A stretch of 24,000 bases of DNA, taken from contig JAHDHU010000024.1 of assembly GCA_020631135.1 (NCBI GenBank), forward strand, positions 7,474 to 31,473. Reading direction: 5' to 3'. Shown here in pieces: positions 18,177 through 24,000 of the stretch. Below the pieces are notes generated by a model. That model saw nothing but the letters and a program-made list of their open reading frames with translations, was not told where the DNA came from and did not search any database. Source of the DNA: Saprospiraceae bacterium. GTDB lineage: Bacteria; Bacteroidota; Bacteroidia; Chitinophagales; Saprospiraceae. The translations under genes were made by a program, and so were the position numbers. How positions within the stretch are numbered: the first letter of the stretch is position 1; each line of letters begins with the position of its first letter.

Positions 18177-19166
18177 CTAAACAATGGCTTGTTTTAAGCG
18201 TAAGCGCTCTTTTTCTTTCGCAATTTTGTGATCTGTTTTAAATTGTTCTTCTTCCGAATCCAGCACATAATCATAAGGTCTGTTGCCAGATAGTAACTTT
18301 GTGAAGATTGGCGCTAATTCGATTGCGATCAACAAAAACATTATAAACCAACCCGTGTATCGGATGGAGTGTTTTTTTAGTCCTATGCGAGATAAGGCAT
18401 CTAGTCGTGTAGATAATCCATCAAAAAATAATTGATCATTTTCTGAAAGCTTTTGATTTCTTTCGGCAATCAAATTTGCTTTAAGTTGGTTTAGACTATC
18501 TTTTTTTGGGAGTAGGGTATTCTTTAATTCTTTATATTCTAGCTTGGCATTATTGGCATTTTCGTTTTTTAAAGCGTAAATCGGACCTAGATTTTTTTGC
18601 ATTGAACCACCCGTTCCATCAGCTTCTTGAGTAGCCAATAATTGCAAAGAATCGGCATATGATTTAGATAGGTTTAAAGACTTGTCAAGGATTAAAATTT
18701 CATTTTCAAGTTCAGATTGGATAGGGGAATACCTATTATAGATAAATTGCTCTCTTTCAATTTTGTATTCGCTATCCATGGCTAAAATTTCTTTTTCAAT
18801 TTCGGATTCAAATATTTTTAATTCAAAGGGTTTGGCGATAACGAGTGCGATAATAACAGCAAGACAAATACGAGGAATTGCTTGAGTAAGTTTGCTGATC
18901 GATCCTTCGGAGTATGTCATGGAAAGAATAATAAACCTATCTAAATTAAAAATCATGAGTGCCCACAAGATTGCCGCTCCGACGGTTATGATGGTAGAGT
19001 CAAAAATATAATTGAATGCATAAGCTGAGCTCAGACCTGCGATTATGGCTGTAAAGAAGATTGTTGCACCAATTGCAGCCAGTCGATTCTTTTCAATGGG
19101 CGTTCTTGCCAAGATGGATGGTATAGTGCCAGCGCAAAAAATGAAAAACGATTGTATCGATTGCAT
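18177..19166 (-). CDS. DUF4407 domain-containing membrane protein
   Basis: Four hydrophobic segments ('FFIFCAGTIPSILARTPIEKNRLAAIGATIFFTAIIAGLSSAYAF', 'AALWALMIFNLDRFIILSM', 'IPRICLAVIIALVIAKPFELKIFE', 'WFIMFLLIAIELAPIFTKLLS') with a long coiled-coil insert. Confidence 0.85.
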   Translation of the reverse strand: MQSIQSFFIFCAGTIPSILARTPIEKNRLAAIGATIFFTAIIAGLSSAYAFNYIFDSTIITVGAAILWALMIFNLDRFIILSMTYSEGSISKLTQAIPRICLAVIIALVIAKPFELKIFESEIEKEILAMDSEYKIEREQFIYNRYSPIQSELENEILILDKSLNLSKSYADSLQLLATQEADGTGGSMQKNLGPIYALKNENANNAKLEYKELKNTLLPKKDSLNQLKANLIAERNQKLSENDQLFFDGLSTRLDALSRIGLKKHSIRYTGWFIMFLLIAIELAPIFTKLLSGNRPYDYVLDSEEEQFKTDHKIAKEKERLRLKQAIV

Positions 19167-19183
19167 GATTTAATTTTAAAAGA

Positions 19184-19209
19184 ACTACCCAAGGCATTCC
19201 TTGGGTAGT
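19184..19209. promoter_or_regulatory. Perfect hairpin in the probable 5' leader of the DUF4407 gene
   Basis: ACTACCCAAGG-CATT-CCTTGGGTAGT: 11-bp perfect stem with a 4-nt loop. Its edge is 18 nt upstream of the minus-strand ATG at 19166. Confidence 0.5.
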
Positions 19210-19586
19210 GCGAAAAAACAATTAAAAAGCTTACAACTTTATATTTTTTTGCCTTTTAAAAAAAGGCATTCGGATTTTTAGATGAGTAGCTTATTCACTA
19301 TAAAAATTCTTTTCAAATTAGAATCGAAAATTTCATTTGAAGCCAAGCCACAGTAATGAATTGGTCATGAGATATTATCTTCTGTTATTTAAAATTATGA
19401 AAGTCAATGCTATTATGCAATGCATAGTACTGTTTTTACCAAAGTACTATATGTATTGGTGTTTTCATTCGACTAACGTTTTGAATATTTCGATCAATGT
19501 CAAAAGAGGCTAGAGTAAAAAGTGATCTAGCATGAAAAAAAAACAAGTAGCGTGAAATTCTACAACTTTAACTTCGACTTACTTTG

Positions 19587-20624
19587 TTACATCAAGACAC
19601 CGTTGATAGCTTGTATTGGTGGCGGGAGATTATCTTCTTGAAGCATTTCTCTAAGATCTATCTCAATTACTCTACATAGAGAGAGCATCGGTATGTCATT
19701 ACCCAAGCCCTCAAAAGGGTTTTCAGAATAGTCACCTACTAATTCCATCATAATAAACACCCAAGAAACCGCAACGGAAAAAGGAATCGATATCCAAGCT
19801 CCGATTTCTCCGAGTTTATGAAATTCAGTAACCATTGCAAATGGTAAAAGAAATATAAAAATACCTACAAAGATGAAGCTTGAATGAGCATATTGTCTCG
19901 GAAGCGGAAATTTTTTAATTCTTTCAGCTTTCCCTTGATGAACATAAAAGTCATAGATAATTTGTTGCATTTCCATATGACGGAAATCATCAATTATGTT
20001 TTTGTCACGCAGTCCTTGCATATCTCGGGCCTGTCTATTTAGGATTTGAGTAGCAGTGTTTTTGTAATTGATAAGTTCTTCATATTCTGAATCAGGCAGT
20101 AAAGATTTAAGACTCTTTTGTGTATTATCGTCGTCCAATAAGCCTACACCAAAGCGTTTTTTTCTTTTTTCTGTAGCACGTTGCATCTGTCCTCCTTGAG
20201 AGATATGTTCCCACGGAGTTGGTATGAGTAATTGACTTCTGAGTGCATAAAGCCAAGCAATATGACGATAAATGAGACGTTGCTTTATAGTTTTAATTTC
20301 TGCCAGATCTATATTTTGGTCTCTAAAAGTATTGCCTATAAAGGCATCGACGGCACTTCCCCAAGCTCTGCTGCTATTGACCATAGAGCCCCATATTTTT
20401 CGGGCTTCCCACATTCTGTCGTACGATTGATTGTTTTTAAAACCGACATAAAAAGCTACAGCCGTACCAATTACAGAAACAGGAAGCCATGGTATTTGCA
20501 TCCATTTAGCATGAAACATTTCGTGTAAAGCTGTGATCGCAGTACACCAAATAATAATCCATAGGAGATGACCTCCTGTAAAACGCATGATGTTGACAAA
20601 ACTAAAAGTCTTCTTTACCCACAT
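19587..20624 (-). CDS. Bestrophin-family (UPF0187) ion channel-like membrane protein
   Basis: 'LPVSVIGTAVAFYVGFKNNQSYDRMWEARKIWGSMVNSSRAWGSAV', 'PLPRQYAHSSFIFVGIFIFLLPFAMV', 'GDYSENPFEGLGNDIPMLSLCRVIEIDLREML'. Confidence 0.9.
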   Translation of the reverse strand: MWVKKTFSFVNIMRFTGGHLLWIIIWCTAITALHEMFHAKWMQIPWLPVSVIGTAVAFYVGFKNNQSYDRMWEARKIWGSMVNSSRAWGSAVDAFIGNTFRDQNIDLAEIKTIKQRLIYRHIAWLYALRSQLLIPTPWEHISQGGQMQRATEKRKKRFGVGLLDDDNTQKSLKSLLPDSEYEELINYKNTATQILNRQARDMQGLRDKNIIDDFRHMEMQQIIYDFYVHQGKAERIKKFPLPRQYAHSSFIFVGIFIFLLPFAMVTEFHKLGEIGAWISIPFSVAVSWVFIMMELVGDYSENPFEGLGNDIPMLSLCRVIEIDLREMLQEDNLPPPIQAINGVLM

Positions 20625-20682
20625 GGTCTATAATTTCATGCAAAATAAGAACTCAATACAGCTTGGAGAAGGGGAGAGTAAT

Positions 20683-21639
20683 TTATTTTGAAATATTGAT
20701 TTTTTTCAATTTACGTTTTCCGTTTAATAGAAAGGATACTAAATATATTCCTTCGTCGATAGGGTTTAAATCGATTTTAAGATGCTCTTGTTTGTACTCT
20801 ACTGATCTACCATCTAAAGAATAGATTCTTATTTCTTCTAGCTCGCTGATAGAATTAAATTGAAAAATTCCCGGATTTGGATTTGGAAAAAGAATAATTG
20901 TTTTTTCGTTTGGTTCAGTCTCAGCGCTGCTGGTTGAGCAATTTGAGTCTTTTAACCATTGAAAGGCGACAGATAATATTTCGTTTCTTTCAGGAAAATC
21001 AATTGTATGATTAATTCCGCTCATGAGTAATGAATTTGTACATGCTCCTTGAATATTCAATTCATTTAATAAAGGAGTAAAGGCGGTAGATGGGTTATCT
21101 TGAGATCCGTGGATTAGGTAAAAGGACTTATTGTTAGCATTCGCTGAAATTCCATTTAAATGTGAAATATTTGCCGCTGCTCCGATGACCATAAAGCCAC
21201 GGAACTTTTCGGCTCTTCTCAAGCCATAAGTGTATGTTGTGCGGCCGCCCCATGAAAACCCCATAATGTATTGCTCTTCATTGTTTATGTTGTACCATTG
21301 GTTTACGGAGTCCAAAAGTACAGTTGTAAAGGCCGTATCTATCGGGCTGTCAACCTGACCATCGATGCCGCCATCAGGACATACCAGTAATAGATCGTTA
21401 GTTTCTGCAAATTGAATTAGTGTATCGCGCCAAGATTCAGCATCCCAACGATTTACATTGAATGGGTGTAAAGCCAACATCAAAGAATGAGGTGTCGTTT
21501 CATCATAATTACTAGGAATATAGAGTGAGTATTTTTTCGCCGAATCGGTTTGGAAAGCAAAACTACCATCAATTGTTATTTGAGCATCAACTGAAATAAT
21601 GAAAGAACAAATCAAAGCGGCTAGAATTAATTTTCTCAT
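20683..21639 (-). CDS. Secreted PHB depolymerase/feruloyl esterase-like alpha/beta hydrolase with T9SS type A sorting domain
   Basis: Signal peptide, 'YSLYIPSNYDETTPHSLMLALHPF', nucleophile elbow 'IMGFSWGG', 'YLIHGSQDN', and the C-terminal 'IILFPNPNPGIFQFNS...GIYLVSFLLNGKRKLKKINISK'. Confidence 0.83.
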   Translation of the reverse strand: MRKLILAALICSFIISVDAQITIDGSFAFQTDSAKKYSLYIPSNYDETTPHSLMLALHPFNVNRWDAESWRDTLIQFAETNDLLLVCPDGGIDGQVDSPIDTAFTTVLLDSVNQWYNINNEEQYIMGFSWGGRTTYTYGLRRAEKFRGFMVIGAAANISHLNGISANANNKSFYLIHGSQDNPSTAFTPLLNELNIQGACTNSLLMSGINHTIDFPERNEILSVAFQWLKDSNCSTSSAETEPNEKTIILFPNPNPGIFQFNSISELEEIRIYSLDGRSVEYKQEHLKIDLNPIDEGIYLVSFLLNGKRKLKKINISK

Positions 21640-21708
21640 ATCAATTTAGATTGGATTTTTAGTGAAGTTAAACTTTTGATTGCGTTCGAAATGTCCTTTA
21701 AATGATGC

Positions 21709-22938
21709 TTATACTGTTTCGGCTACTACAAATATGCTTCCACCAACGTAGATTAATTCGTTTTTCTGAATTCTACTTTTAGCAGCTGCCAATGCTTTTC
21801 TCACACTTGAATAATGCTTTCCTTTTAGTCCATACTTGGCCGCCTTTAGTTTTAAAACTTTGGCATTAAGCCCTCGAGGTACATTGGCTTTCGCAAAATA
21901 ATAACTTGAGTCGAATGGAAATAATCTTAAAATATCATCTAGAGATTTGTCGTTTACAAAACCTAGGACGAAATGTATTCTGGGATATTTTTTGGACTTT
22001 AATTGATTCAGAATTAATGTAAGTCCATCTTGGTTATGAGCGCTGTCTACCAGGATTAAAGGATTTTTAGAGAGCCATTGCCATCGCCCGATGAAATAGC
22101 TGTTTTGATGTACTTTCGAAATTCCATTAAAAATTGTTTTTGTCGATAGCTTTGGGTAAAGAATTTTAATTGCATTTATCGCAGTATTGATGTTTTTGCT
22201 TTGGTAATTGGCAGGAAATTGTTGGGACAATGCTTTGTATTGATTTTTGGCAATTATGTTTTTTGCATAAAAGATGGAAGATTCTAATTGCTGTGCTCTT
22301 TTTTTAAAAACATTTTGAATGCCAACTTGCCTTTCGCCGATTAATACAGGTGTATGTTTTTTGATTATTCCAGCTTTTTCTTTAGCGATTTTGGATAAAG
22401 AATTTCCAAGCATATTTTGATGGTCTAAACCGATATTGGTGATTACACTAAGCAATGGTGTAATAATATTAGTGCTATCAAGTCTTCCTCCTAGTCCTGT
22501 TTCGATAATTGCAATATCCACCTGATGTCTTGCAAAATGATCAAATGCGAGCGCTACTGTTATTTCAAAAAAAGAAGGATTTATCTTTTTAATCGCTTGT
22601 TTATTTGTATTTACAAAATCAATTACTTCCTTTTTTGAAATAAAATCATTTCCAATTTTTATTCTTTCTCGAAAATCTAAATAATGCGGGGAGGTGTAAA
22701 TACCAACCTTCAGTTTGTTTTCAATTAAGACAGATGCGATAAAATGACTTACCGAACCCTTCCCATTGGTTCCTGCAATGTGTATGCTTTTGAATTGAGA
22801 TTGTGGATTTCCGAGAGCTTTTGAAAGTAATTTGATATTTTTCAAGTCTTTTTTAAAAGCTTGAGCTCCAATCCGCTGGTACATTGGGAGTTGGTGGTAT
22901 AAGTAATCTAAACACTTCTTATAAGATCTAAACTTCAC
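21709..22938 (-). CDS. folC: Bifunctional folylpolyglutamate synthase/dihydrofolate synthase
   Basis: 'HIAGTNGKGSVSHFIASVLIENKLKVGIYTSPHYLDFRERI', 'ETGLGGRLDSTNII', 'LLSVITNIGLDHQNMLGNSLSKIAKEKAGIIK', 'LVDSAHNQDGL'. GTG start. Confidence 0.93.
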   Translation of the reverse strand: MKFRSYKKCLDYLYHQLPMYQRIGAQAFKKDLKNIKLLSKALGNPQSQFKSIHIAGTNGKGSVSHFIASVLIENKLKVGIYTSPHYLDFRERIKIGNDFISKKEVIDFVNTNKQAIKKINPSFFEITVALAFDHFARHQVDIAIIETGLGGRLDSTNIITPLLSVITNIGLDHQNMLGNSLSKIAKEKAGIIKKHTPVLIGERQVGIQNVFKKRAQQLESSIFYAKNIIAKNQYKALSQQFPANYQSKNINTAINAIKILYPKLSTKTIFNGISKVHQNSYFIGRWQWLSKNPLILVDSAHNQDGLTLILNQLKSKKYPRIHFVLGFVNDKSLDDILRLFPFDSSYYFAKANVPRGLNAKVLKLKAAKYGLKGKHYSSVRKALAAAKSRIQKNELIYVGGSIFVVAETV

Positions 22939-22970
22939 GACAATTATGGCTTATTTTTACATCATCTAAG

Positions 22971-24000
22971 ATGGAAAAAAGATATGACTATATCATCTGT
23001 GGAGCGGGATGCGCAGGTTTAAGTTTAGCCTATTATTTGAGCAAAAAGAATCTCGATGGAAAACGTATTTTGCTTTTGGATAAGGATGCAAAAGACCATA
23101 ATGATCACACTTGGTGCTTTTGGCAAAAAGGTGATGGTCCTTTTGACACAATCTTAAAAAAATCCTATTCCCGTATTGATTTTTACACAAACGAAGTTCA
23201 ACGAGAAATTAATATAGCTCCTTACGCATACAAAAGGATTGATGGAATCGACTTTTACAATTACATCAAACCAATCATTGAAATGCATCAATTTATTGAT
23301 TTTAAACAAGATCAAATTTTATCTATTGAAGAGTTGGAGAATGAGGTTATCGTTAATACCAAAGAATCGGTTTATAAATCCCAGCTTATTTTTAAATCGT
23401 TTTTGGATTCAAATTTCTCCTTTGAAAAAGATCATCATGTTTTACAGCATTTTAAAGGGTGGGAGATAGAAACTGAAGAACCACAGTTTGATGAAGGTAA
23501 AGCAACCTTTATGGATTTTAGAATTGATCAAAAAGGAGAAATTCGGTTTCTATATGTACTACCTACTTCTACTAATACTGCCCTGGTCGAAGTAGCCATC
23601 TTTTCGAATAATATTTTGACTCATTCGGAGTATGATACTATTTTGAAAAACTATATAGATCGGTATTTAAGATTTTCTAAATATTCAATTTTAGAGTCAG
23701 AATTTGGTGTCATTCCCATGACTACTTATCCTTTCGAAACATTAAATTCTGATCGGATTAAGCATATTGGAACTGCCGGTGGGTGGGTAAAAGCTTCTTC
23801 GGGTTATGCTTTTGATCGAATTCAAAGAAGATCAAAATCATTGGCGAATGCCATCGCAAACCAATCAGATTTAAATGGGATATTGAGTGCTAAGAATAGA
23901 TTTAGGTTTTATGACAGAATATTTCTTAATGTATTGTTGTCCAATAAAGCAGGCGGAGACGAGGTATTTGGGAAATTATTTGAGAATTTAGATTCAGAAT
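22971..24000 (+). CDS. Lycopene cyclase family protein (3'-truncated by window end)
   Basis: Hand translation from ATG 22971 gives an open frame to the window end: MEKRYDYIICGAGCAGLSLAYYLSKKNLDGKRILLLDKDAKDHNDHTWCFWQKGDGPFDTILKKSY...KGWEIETEEPQFDEGKATFMDFR...FLYVLPTSTNTALVEVAIFS...FGVIPMTTYPFETLNSDRIKHIGTAGGWVKASSGYAFDRIQRRS. It has the FAD-binding GxGxxG-like motif and typical lycopene cyclase blocks. It is absent from the supplied ORF track. Confidence 0.88.
   Translation, partial: MEKRYDYIICGAGCAGLSLAYYLSKKNLDGKRILLLDKDAKDHNDHTWCFWQKGDGPFDTILKKSYSRIDFYTNEVQREINIAPYAYKRIDGIDFYNYIKPIIEMHQFIDFKQDQILSIEELENEVIVNTKESVYKSQLIFKSFLDSNFSFEKDHHVLQHFKGWEIETEEPQFDEGKATFMDFRIDQKGEIRFLYVLPTSTNTALVEVAIFSNNILTHSEYDTILKNYIDRYLRFSKYSILESEFGVIPMTTYPFETLNSDRIKHIGTAGGWVKASSGYAFDRIQRRSKSLANAIANQSDLNGILSAKNRFRFYDRIFLNVLLSNKAGGDEVFGKLFENLDSE

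Noticed and set aside
22993-23469. ORFs 22993..23190 (-) and 23239..23469 (+)
   Set aside because: They lie within the lycopene cyclase frame identified from 22971 and have no features of their own.
1-24000. CRISPR arrays, retrons, toxin-antitoxin or phage/defence modules
   Set aside because: I looked for regularly spaced repeats, reverse transcriptase, nuclease or integrase motifs and found none; all sizeable ORFs have ordinary assignments.

Overview
This is a typical Bacteroidota (Flavobacteriales/Saprospiria-like) chromosomal segment with dense, mostly housekeeping or envelope genes. It carries a C-terminal fragment of a probable ABC substrate-binding protein, two T9SS-sorted secreted proteins, a DUF1456 protein, a DsbA-like/TonB-dependent receptor pair and an FdhF/YdeP-type molybdopterin oxidoreductase. 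It also carries a Cys-rich secreted protein divergent from a two-component system, an M14 carboxypeptidase and a tight plus-strand run (membrane protein, Gfo/Idh/MocA, lipoprotein, sugar transferase, aroE, proline dehydrogenase). The right end has DUF4407, bestrophin, esterase and folC genes plus a 3'-truncated lycopene cyclase that the supplied ORF track missed. I found no CRISPR array, mobile element, tRNA/rRNA or convincing undescribed system. The items most worth a second look are a frame disruption in the proline dehydrogenase gene, a divergent locus pairing a Cys-rich periplasmic protein with a sensor kinase whose extracytoplasmic loop is also Cys-rich, and a perfect 11-bp hairpin 18 nt upstream of the DUF4407 start.
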